Positions 42,147-57,986 of a DNA stretch of 64,000 bases are shown here, piece after piece (position 1 is the first letter of the stretch; each line of letters begins with the position of its first letter). Made by a program: the position numbers and the translations under genes. The DNA is taken from assembly GCA_951406725.2 (NCBI GenBank), contig OX597818.1:66154001-66218000 (forward strand), read 5' to 3'. The stretch comes from Octopus vulgaris (taxonomy: Eukaryota). A model generated the notes under the pieces. It was not told the DNA's origin, made no database searches, and saw only the letters and a list, made by a program, of their open reading frames with translations.

Positions 42147-43929
42147 TGTATGTATGTATATGTATGTATGTATTATGTGGTTCTTATATAGCTATCTTTC
42201 GGATGATTTTATTTTATATCTGCAAAAATCCTGGCAGAACGCATTGCGAATCTGATAAGAGGCACGTGTTTCTACGCAAAGACTTTCCTTCATAAATACA
42301 CAGATGTATACATTTATGTGTTCGCATATATTTAAGAACTTTAGCGTTGAACGTTACGCAAACAGAAAAATGGAGCACTAATTCGAACTTTAAAACTTCC
42401 TAACATTAATAATTATGTAGAGGACTCGATACTGCAACACCTTGCTTTCCAGTGGACCTCTTCTCCTCAGTATCCCCCATAAAAGCCCAAAATACCTGCA
42501 TGGGGTGAATGTTAATGCCTTCTGAACAAATATGGATCTCTTACAACCAATTGTTCTGGATAAGTCTTCTGACACCAAAGATGCAGGATGGGGCATCTGC
42601 ATCCACGTACCACATGCACAGAAATCTCAATACTAAAGAATATTGTGGAATTTCAGCAAAACCTACGGCGATGCCCCAGTATGACCACAAGTCTCATGAT
42701 ACAATTGAAGAATTAAAGAGTTAACAATATCGTCTAATAGACTAAGATATGCTTAATTTGCCTGTATGTGGTCAGCAATGTGGTTACCAAACTTTAACGT
42801 CTATTTCTGGTCTTCCTGGATAGCAAAAGTGCATAACTCCTCTTTAGAATAACACATGATATATACCTGAAATAGCTCCGTTTTAATAATGAGATTTCGA
42901 AATATAAAGAAGTGTCCGGAAACATGACACATTACAAGAAATATAGCAAAGAAAATTTCATTTTCCAAGGAAGCGAGGAAAAGTCAAAATGGAAAATAAT
43001 CTAAAACGCGAATGATATAAAACAAGAATAGCTGTATAACAGAATTGGGTTTGCAAGTAAAAGTTAATTGAACATATTGCTTATTAGATGAATCATGTCT
43101 ATTGTGCACTATTAAATATGAACATTTTAGCGAAAAATTTATGTGATGGCGAATGGTCATTGGGTGAAGAATTCGTATACTCTTCCAGAGAATTGTGATC
43201 ACGTACGAAGATTTCTTTAGAACCAGTGCAGCACGGAAGAGTACTTGTCATCGCATACACAAAACTTGATGAATAATTGCAACGAACTCTGTAAGCACAA
43301 CCGGAGATTGAAAATGATCATTAGTAATATGAACGATACAATCATTTTTATTTTTGACATCTTTCAGTAATTAGAATAGGGCAATGCCGCCGTACCTCTT
43401 CAAAGAGTTCAGTCGAACAATACTGCGCATATATTTCACTTTTAAATCAGAAATATTTTGGACAAACCGCTAAGTCATAGAGACGCAGACGAATGCACAT
43501 CGTGGGGCAAGCGATTGTTGGGTACAAAATAAATTGAGATTTCTTGAGCACTAAGGATTATAATGAATCAATAGATGAATCAATAGTCAGAAATAAATCC
43601 CACTTCACCCCTACAAGGGAAAAAGACAAATAGTTAGACACGTATATAGAAAGGAGTAAACACTTTACCTACAGATACAAAGAAATCCTTCGTGAAGGAG
43701 AACAGGAAGCCTAACAATCACTGAACAATGACAACCCAATCGTCCTACAAGAGGCCGGTAAGGGACAAGGACTATTATAAAATTAAAACATTAGGAGTGT
43801 TAACATATCAAACCTACTACAGGGAAGAACCAAGATACTCAGAATAAAGAAATAGTCGTTGACTCTTTCTCCCACGCGTGCTCTCTCTCTCTCTCTCTGT
43901 CTGGCCGTCTGTTTTTCTCTCAATCTCTC

Positions 43930-43996
<67 letters not shown>

Positions 43997-44000
43997 GTGC

Positions 44001-44059
<59 letters not shown>

Positions 44060-44070
<11 letters not shown>

Positions 44071-44390
44071 GAGAATGCGTGTCTGTGTGTATCTAGTTGT
44101 CATTCTGTGTGTCTGTGTGAATCCCTAAAACTTGAGAACTCCTCAACCAATGTCATTCAAATTTTGCACATGGCTTACTTAGGGTCCATGTAATCAAATA
44201 GGCCAAGGAAATTTGAACTTCTTGCCTAGTGCGAGCCCAGAGCAATATCATATCGCTTCCACTATTTCAGTATTACGTGTTAAAAGTGAAAAAATAACAT
44301 CTCCCAATTGTAATGTCAGATAATTTCACTTTCATACTTTCACTGCAATACTGAAACCATTAAACTGAAACTATTATCTCACATGTATAC
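44060..44390 (+). mobile_element. Possible Helitron-like 5' fragment
   Basis: tataaa followed by (gtct/gtgt) repeats and caaccaat...aaatttgcaca-like sequence, the same layout as the Helitron starts at 21640 and 60930. No 3' CTAG is seen. Confidence 0.4.
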
Positions 44391-44391
44391 A

Positions 44392-44493
<102 letters not shown>

Positions 44494-44571
44494 TGTATAT
44501 ATATGTATATATATATATGTATATATATATATATACACCCATACCTACATAGATACACACACATATACGTA

Positions 44572-45025
<454 letters not shown>

Positions 45026-45097
45026 ATCACTAGCAGCGTCTCGTATTTTTGTTTGCCCACTCAGTTGTATCAGTGTGTATATATATATAGATATACA

Positions 45098-45150
<53 letters not shown>

Positions 45151-45202
45151 ATGTGTGTGTGTATAAAATACACATACATGCACATATATGTGCCTATTCA
45201 TA

Positions 45203-45685
45203 TCTATTATAAAGAAGAGAATATCTTTATGTGTGTTCGTGTGTTACTTATACATTCGAAAACTTCTGCATGAAATTTGGGATACAAAATCCAAGCCTAG
45301 GGAGAAGGGTAATGCTGTGTGTTTCATACAATTTCATGGACCTAAATTACTGAATGGATCCTGAATTACTGAATTACTGAATGATATTTAAAATTTAGAT
45401 TCAATGCATAAGGGCGGGTATAACGCAGTATGTTTGGTTTGAATTTGAGATGCCTTAAAGGGGGCAGAACACTCATGAAAATTCATAAATTTTCGATGTT
45501 AATGAAATTGCAACAATGGGTAATTGACACACATCAAGAAGTATTCTCAAAGTTTCCACTTATCATGAGGATACTAAGAAATTCGAATCATAGATATTCC
45601 AGTTCATTAAAGGAAATATAAGTGAAAATTCTAATACTTCAATAACATATAACACGGGCAATGCCGGGTATCGTATCTCTGCTAG
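45203..45685 (+). mobile_element. Non-autonomous Helitron
   Basis: A|TCTATTATAAA start, 3' hairpin-like cacgggcaatgccggg and CTAG|T end. Confidence 0.75.
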
Positions 45686-45686
45686 T

Positions 45687-45733
<47 letters not shown>

Positions 45734-45736
45734 AAG

Positions 45737-45769
<33 letters not shown>

Positions 45770-45807
45770 TATGTATATATGTATATATATATGATTGTAT
45801 ATATATA

Positions 45808-45838
<31 letters not shown>

Positions 45839-45903
45839 GTATAGACTGACAGAGGGATATATTTAAGCAGGTACATATAAATACACATATGCCTATGTGT
45901 GTT

Positions 45904-45906
<3 letters not shown>

Positions 45907-45983
<77 letters not shown>
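45907..45983. repeat. (GT)n microsatellite
   Basis: Directly visible. Confidence 0.95.
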
Positions 45984-45986
<3 letters not shown>

Positions 45987-46364
45987 GTTCTTCGCGAATC
46001 TTCTTCAACGCAATCTTCAAAAAATGTTGTCTTAATATTTATTTTTCTTTTTTTCTTGTGTTGGTGTGCTTCACTGTCGTGAAGTCTTCCTGGTATTGCA
46101 AAATGTGCACTGGTAGTATATAGACAGGATTTTGTTTTATATCGAAGCTATTTTAATTGTTTTAGTAATGTTCAATTCCATAAATTTTTCCTCACTTAAA
46201 AACAGCCGCCGCATCTCTCTGCCTCCCTCTTATACTCACACTCACTTCTCTAACAAGGTCTATAAACTCAATCATACGCAAACGTACACATAAACACTTA
46301 TTTATACATATACATGAATACGTATATATAAGTATGTATGTATATATGTATGTATGTATATATA

Positions 46365-46427
<63 letters not shown>

Positions 46428-47794
46428 TATGCATACATATATGTGTGTGTGTGCGTGCGCGTGCATGTATATGCGTATATACTAATATATATATGTGTGT
46501 AAGTATATATATATATATATACAGAGAGAGAGAGAGAGTGAAGAGGGCATTTTAAATAAATGAATATATATGAATATACAAATATTTATATGGATATATA
46601 AATATGTGTATATATGTATGTATATATGTGCATATGTGTATATATTTGTATATATATATACGTGTATATATATGTATATATGTATATATATGTATATATG
46701 TATATATATATATACACAAACAATAGAAGTGCATATGTATAGATGTATGTGTACGTACATATGCTTCTCAATGATATATACCCACACTCATTTTGTCTTG
46801 CCTTTTCCTTATTTATCTTTTAAACATCTCAATTTTCCCTCACTCACCTACATAACTTATCATTACTCTCTAGTGATAAACACCCCCTTTCCTCCCTCCT
46901 CCCTCTCTCTTACTTTCTCTCAATCTGTAGAATTTTCTTATCTTTCTTGTATCCTTCTCATATTTTCTTCTTACATTCCTGTATCTCCTCCCTTCCTTCT
47001 TCGTAATATTTTTTAACGCAATCTCTCTTCATCTCAGTGTATCTCACCCATGTTTCTATCATAAAGCTATCAATAACAATATTTATATATCTCTATGAAA
47101 ATTTGTTCTTGACATTTCTTATCGTATTATTTATTTATACTCTCAGTTTTTCTCCTTTTATACATACATTTATTGATGCTAACTTCACAATGAATATCTA
47201 CATTCGTCAGATACCGTCAATCTTGTTCCATAAAAAAAAATATTATATCGAATTACACGTACGTGGATCCAAATCGCTATCACGTTTATTTCTTTAAAAT
47301 TTAATTCTTCATCATCATCATCATCATCATCATTATCTTATTCATCACAATCTTCAAAATGACAGTTATCTTTATTTCGTGATAATTTCGTTGTTGTTTT
47401 TTTTCTTCTATACATACGTAGTTTTCTTAAACTTATCTTTTTCCATTTTTGCGTTTTCTTAAATTTTGTTTCTATATATTTTCCTTATTTTCACTTTAGT
47501 TTCTGAAAATTTATGAAAAATATCATTTTAAAAATGAAAAAGAATTTGTCTATAAAAATAAATTTTATATAATATTTAAGTGCACACACACAGACACACA
47601 TATACACACACACACATACACATATACACACAATGGCATATAAGAAATAAACTCACAGACACAAACTCGCACGTGCACATTTATATATAAATATATACAA
47701 TCATATATATATATATATATATGTGTGTGTGAGCGTGCGTGCATTTATGTATGTTTGTGTCTGTGTATTTGTATGCATATATGTATGCATGTAG

Positions 47795-47897
<103 letters not shown>

Positions 47898-47959
47898 GAT
47901 AAAAATAAGTGTATACTGATTAACAAAATCAATATGAATAATTCTTTGACGCTGCAGCC

Positions 47960-48180
47960 ACTGCTGCTGCTGCTGTTGCTGCTGTTGCTAATGGTGAGGC
48001 TGTTGTTGATGTTTTTTTTGTTTTTGTTGTTGATCATGATGTTGTTGATGTTGTTTTTTTTGTTACTAATGATGATGCTGTTGTTTTTTGTTTTTGCTGT
48101 TGTTGATGATGATGATTATGATGATGATGATGATGATGATGATGAAGACGAGGCTGAGGAAGACGATGACGGCGGTGATA
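47960..48180. repeat. Degenerate trinucleotide tract (CTG/TTG/GAT)n
   Basis: Directly visible. Confidence 0.85.
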
Positions 48181-51100
48181 AAAATCATCATAGTCATAAT
48201 GAGATGATGAAAAAAAGAGGGAGAAAAATAAGCATCCTCAACAATGATTATCATTTTCCTCATATTCAATGTTTTAGCTGAATTTCTCATCATGAACATC
48301 ATTGTTCCTGAAAGTTTTGCATTATTTTCTTGTTTTTATTATTATTTTTTTTTTGTATTCTGTGTTGTTATTATCATAAACATTATTTCAAATAAATATA
48401 ATAAAAAAATATCTGAAAAATAAAAATAATTATATAAATGCTAAAATTCTATAAAACATTGTGAATTGAAATATCTCCATTTCAGTGGGAAAGAAAATAT
48501 TGTAACATAATATTGAACTGTTGGCGGAAATGAAATTCTATCAATTTTTATATGTTTGGGGTGACATAGTATAAGAGATGGTGGTGACTCATATAGGGAA
48601 GGAATAAGGGAACGTGTGTTACTTAAATGGTTAGAAACATGGAGGATTCAATACATGCTCACGTGCGAGAAAAACTATTAGATATGAGGTATATGAAAGA
48701 GGTAAACTTTTTGTGTAACTCAATGCTATTTTAATGAAGTCGTTAACGAAAATAGCGCCATAATTGGTCAGTGACTGGGGAAGAAAATATAACAACAAAT
48801 TTAGAGATATGCGAAAAAAGAGTGATGACATTGGTTTGAAGAAGACTGGAAACTGTCGAGAATTTTTGAAAAGAATAGGTAGATATAAAAAAATCTTATA
48901 AATACGAAAGTTAACTTTATCGTGTTAATTATTTCTAAAAGAAAGTTGAACTAATAAAATTTTCTCAAGTTTTACGCCCTTAAACATTTTAATTTGAAAA
49001 AACTTTGTCCTTCAAGTTATCCATATCCACTGAATATGTAACTGCAAGAGTCCTTTCGAATGACTCTAAACATTTCTATTCAAAGTCGTTATACTTTTCC
49101 AAATAATAGAAAGAAACGGACATAAACATAAATACATGTTTTACCTGGATAGCGCAGATGTCCATTCAGCAGGTGGAATTGTAAAATTTCGGAGGATGCA
49201 AACGTTATTGGTAAACTTATGAATACGTTAACAAAAGTATATCAACAATATGCAAGCGGTGCTTTGTCTACATCAGCTGATGCCTTATTTCATGTTGCAT
49301 CTTTACACACAGCTGGTAAATATGAATTGTACCTGCAATTCAAATGGCCAAACTTGTCATGCTCTCTTTCATGCTGTAGATCCCAGAGAACAACGTGAAG
49401 GGTATGTACGCCTGTGGAGTGCCCCGCCTCTTGCGCGTTAATTTCACTAGTTGATTGTTCCACAGATCGGATAACGTGCAGCATTCATCTTCGTAACCGA
49501 CGATGTGCTAATTATTTCAAAATATTCTCCACCAGGTGTAGCATGCTTCTGTAGACAGTTATTGCCAAATGTTTGAAAATTATTAACTTACGATGTAATA
49601 GAAAATTCGTTCATGCTGAAAAGTAAAATTTGTTAAATATGACTTGGATGTTTGACTGTTTAAGCAACAGAATACTTGGCATTCTTTTCTTGCAACCCAG
49701 ATGAATATATCAAGGCCAGTTAAATCTAAGATGGTAATATTTAAACCATTGCTCTGTCAATTAGATTATAATAAATGACAAACCCAATCTGTCATTGTGT
49801 ACTTAAATCATGTACGTCTACGTATACAGCACATGTCAAATGGAATCAAGACGTGCCTGCATCAATACGATTTCCCCATTTAATATTGAATTTTACATAT
49901 CTTGGGTATTTAAGTAAATATGTTAAATTGTAATATATTTTCCTTATTCTTTATCATTTGATCGTTAAAGCTAGAGATTCAGGGCATTCTGGGCCACTAC
50001 ATTTCTATGTTATTGGGTTCGTTTTCTGAATAGTTTCTGAAGTAGTGAGCTGGACGGAGATTGCGCTTTTTTGCGCTTCATACCGCCATGTAGCTTCATC
50101 TCAAAGCTCAGACAATAATTTGTTCAGAGGCGATTTGTACAACCCTACAGCAACACCTCGCAAATCTCTGAAGTATTTTCGGTAGAATTTTAAATTGTTG
50201 TAGAACCTTGAAACCCAGACTGCTACAGTACTGTGTCCTTACTCTAGTTGGAGTAGACGAGTTTTTCGGTACTATCCAGTGCCGTCCAGTTCGGTGAGTA
50301 GCATAGCTTTGACTTGCTGAGCGGAAAGCCCCCATGCAAGTAAACTCTGAAAAAGTGTCTGTAATGGTTTTGGGAGAGCTTTCTTGTAACTTGTCAAGAG
50401 AACTGCAAGAAATTCCTATGTGCGCCACGCTAATATTAAGTCCATCTTATCTGTGGCCGACATAATGATATTGTCCTTTATGTAGGGGTAACAGATGATG
50501 TCCTTTATTCCATTTAGATCTGTAGTGTTGAAAAACGCATCAGGCTTGCTAGTTTGGACATTTCCCTGCGAAAAGGATTTGACACTTTTGAACTGTTTAG
50601 TTAGCACTTCATATATTCTCCTTCGGTTTGCACTTAATCAACCGTCATCCTCAAAAGTGATCCTATATTTAAGTGCATTTGCCATTTTATAGAAGGCTTT
50701 ACGATTTATTTTCATTCTTTATACTACACAATTTTCTCTTGCCGGCCTGTCGTTTTTATGGGAGTCTCTGAGATATTTCCCATATTTAAAGATGCTTCTT
50801 TAGGGAGTGATTTCCGATTTGTAAGGACACTTCTCTAGGGAGGTATTTGTTGCTGCTACTAAGTTATCTATTTATGTAATGTTTTCTCCGTGCCGTAATG
50901 ATCCTCTTGTATTTGGGAATGACCTTCTAGTAAGTAACTGATCTTTATATGGCACACACTACCGATGTGAATACGTTAATTTTCAAATCAAAAACCCTCA
51001 TAGAGAGACTTTAAAATCAATATTCCTGGAGCATATTTCTTAATTGAGATCCAGTTAGCTTTGTAAAGTTCAGACTGGACAGGTTGGGGGAGCCATATGT

Positions 51101-54049
51101 GTGAAATGCATCATGTAAAAAGTAATAGATTCAAATAGACGCATTATAAAACCTTATATAGTCACTAAAATGAAATTACTCCTATCTGGCTATAAAAAAT
51201 ATTTCGAAATGACGGTCTGTTGGCGCAAACATTTCATGTCCCATTACATTTTGCGCCCCACTCACATATAACGTTAATTAAGGATTTTCCTCCTGTCCAA
51301 GACCGGACGGACAAATAGTATAGGTTTAATACAAAGATTATATATAATTACATAATTGCAGAGCTGTGATAATAGGGCTTCGAGAAATAAGGGCGTAAGA
51401 AATTGTAGATATGTATATTGCGCTTCTTCGAAAAATACGCATATAAGGCTCATTTCTTAGCAGACGAAAATAAGCTTTCTACATATTATGGGACTGTTCC
51501 ACTTTCCATCTTCTCTCCTTACCATCCTTATATTCCCTACTTCGCCTTTCTTCTCTGAAGATGGAAGAGTCTTCTAATATAAGGAAAGCCTCACACGTCC
51601 ACCGAGAAATGCACCGTACCTAACATAGTCGAGAAACAGCACTCTGCTCACTCACTTCATTCTTACAGCTCTGTTATCACAACTCTGCAATTTATGCTTG
51701 GATACTCTCTGAATCGAAGCCAATTCTTTTTTTACCGTTCATTCGTTCTACTGTAGATGCATACGTTCAATGATAAACCACATGTAACCAGTCATTGCAA
51801 GACAGCTATAATATCATTCGTATTTCAAGTTCTTGCGTTACGTAGCAAGTCAACTCTAGGACAAGTTGTATAAACGTTTTACGTCATTAGACAAAATCTT
51901 ACATAAGCTTTCTCCTGGCTTCGTCGAAATGCCCGAAATAGTGACAGCATCGCAAAGAGACTCCTCAATAACGAGCCATTGGAACGGATACAATAAACTA
52001 ATTCTGTATGTTTGTGCATACGTGTACGTATGCACTCTATATATCAGCGGGAATGAGCACATATGCACACACACTTGTAAGAGTGTTTGATGAATTTTTG
52101 AGTTAACATGTGGACATAGCTTGCAGGTAGGTATGTGCACATGCTTTACATGGAGTTATATATCCATATCTCTATATTTCATTTTAAGTCACTGAATTAT
52201 TTGAACGCAATTAATTTACAAATTATTCATAATTAAATGCTATTCTATCTATCTTTTGAGAAAACATTTTTCTAAATCTATCAATAACTGTCTATCAATC
52301 TATCTCTCTATTTTTACTTCATATCATTACTTCATAACCACCAACGTCTTTATTTTGCTTAAAATTTCAATTCCGGTAATTTTACTGTTGAAGGTTTTTT
52401 GTTCCATGAAGTTAAATATCACAAATAGTTTTGTGAACGTAAATAGTTTCAAAAATGTAAATTAATTCTCTTCTACAAATGACATTTACATTATTTCGGA
52501 ATTACAAATCCTAGTATGACTCAGTTAAGCATTTCCATTCCTGGATACCATTCTACATAATCCAATCAATGATGTTAGCATATTGAAATGAGACTATTTT
52601 AAGTTCCTCTATTTGAATTTATGCTTATATAATTGTATTATTAGGATAAATTTAATTTTCTTTACGTTTAGGACAATAGTATAAAGACGATTGTCATTGA
52701 CGAAAATGAACATAATCAAACAGACTCGAATGGTTTGAATTCGTTAGAGTTATTAATTCATCTTATATTTTAATACAGTTAGTTATGTAGTGAATGATGT
52801 CTACTTATGTAACCATATAGACTGTATGTGTGTGTATGTGCGAGTGTGTGCGTGTGTGTGGATGCAATATTTTCCATATGTACATTAAATTCGTCTAAAT
52901 AGTAATCAGTAACAATAAAGCTTCAATTCAAAATAAAATGTATTTACATATCTAAATGCCTGATTTAATAGAAAAGAATTCTTTGTTGGCATTTTGTTTC
53001 ATTTTAGTTAGTGGAAATCGTTGTAGTATTTTTGTAAATGTGACGCTTTATTTAGATTAATGCGATCCATTATGAAATTATTTTATGCATCTTAAACAGA
53101 CTATTTATTTTGTGCATGCGTACACGAGAAGATAGACAAGCACACCTGTACACTCACGTACAATCACGGACTACAATACGCACGAAGATATATAAATTCA
53201 TACACACATGTACATACATGTCTGTCTGACTGACTGCCTGTCTCTGTTTCTATCACTCTCTCTATATATACATATGTGTGTGTGTGTATGAGTGTGCGTG
53301 TGTGTCTGTGTAATGTATATATATATATATATGCAGAGAGATAAAGAGAGACAGAGAGCGAGTGTGTGCGTGTGTGTATGAATAATGAATGTATATGCAT
53401 AATGACACAGAGATATCACTTCAATGATAGCTGTGTGCGTGCGTGCGCGTAGGAGTATATCATTTTGCGTTTAGGAAGTCTTCGTGCATGGATTTGAATG
53501 TGAAGGGGAACAATTTACCTTTCTAAAATGTATAGAAAACTTTATTAAAACCTTGAATAAAAATGGAAATAAAATTAGAAATAATATATTCTGAGAGGAA
53601 ATTAAAATCATAATCACATGATGGCTACTATTGTTTCCAATATAATGATTTATCGAACTATTTCAATTTTTTTTAGTCTTCCAAAGTTAAGATGGATTCC
53701 TTATGCGATGTCATTTACTTTACAGTAATTATTATGCCGTTCGGGTGTGTACGAAGTTCGAAATATTTATGGATTTCTGGATGTAACCAAATCTTTTCAA
53801 ATTCTTCTGCATTGGGAATAAATTAATGAATGTTATATATGTATGTATGCAGGCGTTTGTGTATGTATGTAAGCATGTACATACATATATGCGTATGTGT
53901 GCATGTGTATGTGTATGTGGATATGTTTGCCTGTATGTATGTATGTATGCATTTCTATTATATTATATAAATATGTAGTTGAATTTTCACGTAAGTAATC
54001 AGTTGATTTCTAGCAACATTACAAAGCTCTAATATTCGAATGTATGTAT

Positions 54050-54172
<123 letters not shown>

Positions 54173-54964
54173 CATATTTCTCAAGAAAAAGATCATAATT
54201 CCTTCTAAGATAAGCTTGAGCGATATATCATTTGTATGATGTGAAATATATTCCACGCGCACAGTTTTTTTCTGTGGGCTTACGCTACATACTACAGATT
54301 TCCTAACTGTATAGGGGTTTCTTTCCAGTAGAAAGTTTTTGTTTGTAGAGATATATCAGGGATTTTATGAGACTCCCCGGAACGTTTTCTTCTTCAGGCA
54401 AATTACCTAAGTTTTACAAATCAATGATTTTCGGGGTCTTTCTACTACTTAAAACCGTAAAAAGGATCTTATGTAAGGTTTCCTAAAACTAGATGCTAGT
54501 TCGTCTCCAGGGGTAGAAATGACGAACATGACACTGCGGTATTTAAGGAGCTCACTACTGAGCGTTCTGAAGTTCCCTATCCCACCATCACGTAAGAAAT
54601 TCAGCCACATCACCAGTGGTACTGACACCGATGGCTGCACAATCACTTAGGATGTATATCTTGTTATTAAACTAAGACATCTGGTCCCTTTGTGTAACAT
54701 TCGTACTGTCACATACATAACGTATGACTATATTTATCATGTGATCATGCTGTTTATAGGTTCGTATTATTCTGACCATCCCTTCTTTCTTACTTTCGTG
54801 ATTTTCGGGATCATCAATATTATATTAGGCCATCTCCATCCTATTGATCCACTTGGGCGGAAACAGCTATGGTCGTGTTTGGTTTGTCTAAGTACATTTT
54901 GTCACATATAAGCCTGATATATTGGCCCAGCTGCTTTGTATATATATATATATATATATATACA

Positions 54965-57215
54965 CGAGAATGAAGCATAGATATCAGCACCAACTATAGA
55001 AATGATAATCAAAATAATAGGAACCTAAAACATCTACCCAAGAATAATCCAAAGCCTGAAGGTGCTCCTCCTGTGTGTAAGTGTAGAATAAAATCAAAAT
55101 GCCCGGCACCTGGTCTATGTGGAGAAAATAATGTAATCTATAAATGTACCATATCCACGGAGAATAACAAATATTATTACATTGGATGTACAATTAATTT
55201 TTTAGCTAGAGTTAGAAATCACATCTCGACTTTTAAATTACGTCATAAAGCTGGTACCACCACATTTTCAAACAAAATCTGGGAACTCAAAAATAATAAT
55301 AAAAATTATAACCTTAATTGGGAAATAGTTAGGAGAGCAATTCCGTATAAAAATAGTAGGGTTGGTTGCCAACTATGCTCCATGGAGACATATGAAATTC
55401 TAAAGCATAGAAAACATAGAAACCTATTGAATAACCATATCGAACTAGGTCAAGTTTGTGTCCACGCTAAATTGAAGACTTTAAAATATTTTAAATGATT
55501 AGAATATTCGTAACTAGATAGATAGATATAACCTGATTTCTACTGGTATAGCACTGCTTTAAGTAGATAACTAAGAGTTCTCACACTACAGTTATCTTTT
55601 TTCCTATATCTGCATCAGTTTTTTGAGAATAGGGAAATGAATAGCACTTATTCGCTGCTTAATTGAGGCTTTATTTAATTTCAAACTCACAATTTTTAAA
55701 TTTTTAAGTTCTTAATTTTAAATCTTAATTGTAATTTTTAATTTTAGTTCCTAACTTAATCTAATTTAATTAGCATAACTCTAATTAATTAAAATGAGTT
55801 ACTATAGACCCATAATTCTATTTCAAAATTAAATAAATGAGACTATTCCCTCGGTGATAATATGATTATCTTCATTATGATAGACAATCCCCTAACACCT
55901 TTTAAATGATCTTCTAAGATTTGACCTGTAGTCCGTCAATGTATGAATAATAACGGCAACTCCTTAAGACAATAAAATGAATAAATTAAATAAGTAAATT
56001 TTAATGACTTTTTGATAAGATTATACCTAGTTTTCCTAATGTATTTTCTGGTGATTTTAGCATCTGACCCCGAAACCCCTAACTGTGTTATCTCTTTAGA
56101 TTCTCTTTAAATTCATAGCTGATTTCAACAGCAATAAATTAGCTGTTTTAACTGGTCAAAGAATAATATTCTCCTCTAATTCCTAGATGCCTGTAAATTA
56201 AAACCAGACTTGTCGTCTACTAATTCTTCTGTATAACTAGAACCCTCTTTTTTTCTTTTTCTTTCTTCTTTCTTCTTTTTTCTTTTTTTCTTCTTTTTCT
56301 TTTTTTCTCTTTTTTTTCCCTTCCTTCCCTATTTCTTTCTCTTTTCTCTTTTTCCTTTTTCTTCTTCTTATTCTCTTTTTCCTTTTCCCCCCTTTTTGCT
56401 CCCTCCTCTTTTATTTTCTCTCTTTTCTTCTATGCCCTTCCTTTTCTATTCTATACAGCTCTAGTAAGCCCTTCAGCCTTTAAAAGTTAAATAGCTACAG
56501 CCTCTTGTAAATAGCAGTAATGTGATTAATGTGGCAGATACCTAATCATATAGCAAGAATTGATACCTACCTCATTGTGTTCAACCATTGATAAATTTAT
56601 CGCCTGTGAATATGAAATTCCTTGAAATTTACACCTACACCATTGGAAATTGTGCATCTATACAAAGGATTAATTCACCCTCTCTGTAATGCTAATAAGC
56701 AGGAATTGAAACCCACCTCGTTGTAATTAACAATGGATAAATTTGTCTTCTGTGAGTATGTAATCCCTCATCATATCTCTGGAAATTCATATGTGCACTA
56801 TGGATTGGGTCACCTTCTCTGTGATGCTATTAAGACTTTTTTTAAAATTCTGTGATAAGACTGTACATCATCTTTAAAGAACTTTAATGAACTTTTGAAA
56901 TCTGTTTATGTTACTTAATTGTCTACATTACTTCATGAGTATAGCCTCAACCACTAGGATGTCTAGAGAACTCACATGTATTTTAGCTGATGAGTACGGG
57001 ACACGTTTATATGCTGTAATTTTTGCAACTTTTAATAAAACCTGTCCTTGTATGAAACGATTGTACTAAAAACCTATCCATTCTTGTTGCTTCATTCTCG
57101 CTTATAATCACCCCACATTACTGTATTGTTAAATCAGTATAGTTTTTTTTGGTGCATCTAAGTTAGGTACCATATTCAAGTAAATTCATTTAAATTAACT
57201 TGAATCTTTATTGCT
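54965..57215 (+). mobile_element. 5'-truncated Penelope-like element: GIY-YIG endonuclease plus long non-coding 3' region with hammerhead
   Basis: ORF 55073-55498 reads CKCR...CP..G.C...NVIYKC...YYIGCT...R..NH...C.LC..E...LLN, a Cys-rich PLE GIY-YIG. The segment is bounded by (TA)n arrays on both sides. Membership of the non-coding part is inferred. Confidence 0.8.
56981..57071 (+). ncRNA. Type I hammerhead ribozyme, intact core
   Basis: ttttag-CTGATGA-gtacgggaca...tgtccttgtat-GAAAC-gatt-GTA-ctaaaa. Stem I is 6 bp. Predicted cut is after 57065. Confidence 0.8.
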
Positions 57216-57245
57216 TTTTATATATATATACATGTATGTATATAT

Positions 57246-57309
<64 letters not shown>

Positions 57310-57310
<1 letters not shown>

Positions 57311-57723
57311 TCTCTCTTTTACTCTTTTACTTGTTTCAGTCATTTGATTGCAGCCATGCTGGAGCACCGCCTTTAGTCGAGCAAATCGACCCCGGGACTT
57401 ATTCTTTGTAAGCCCAGTACTTATTCTATCGGTCTCTTTTGCCGAAGTGACGGGTACGTAAATACAGCAGCATTGGTTGTCAAGCAATGCTAGGGGGACA
57501 AACACAGACACACAAACACAGACACACACACATACACACATATATATATATACATATACACGACATGCTTCTTTCAGTTTCCGTCTACCAAATCCACTCA
57601 CAAGGCATTGGTCGGCCCGGGGCTATAGCAGAAGACACACGCCCAAGATGCCACGCAGTGGGACTGAACCCGGAACCATGTGATTGGTTAGCAAGCTACT
57701 TACCACACAGCCACTCCTGCGCC
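57310..57723 (-). mobile_element. Full-length SINE family A
   Basis: Reverse complement of the layout at 19661 and 25291. Confidence 0.9.
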
Positions 57724-57831
57724 TATGAGTATATATACATACATACATTTATGTATATTTATATAAATATATATATATATGCATTTATGTATGTATGTAT
57801 ATATTTATGTATGTATGTGTATATATATATT

Positions 57832-57884
<53 letters not shown>

Positions 57885-57939
57885 TTATGTATATATATAT
57901 ATGTATATATATACATATGTATATATATACATATGTATA

Positions 57940-57984
<45 letters not shown>

Positions 57985-57986
<2 letters not shown>

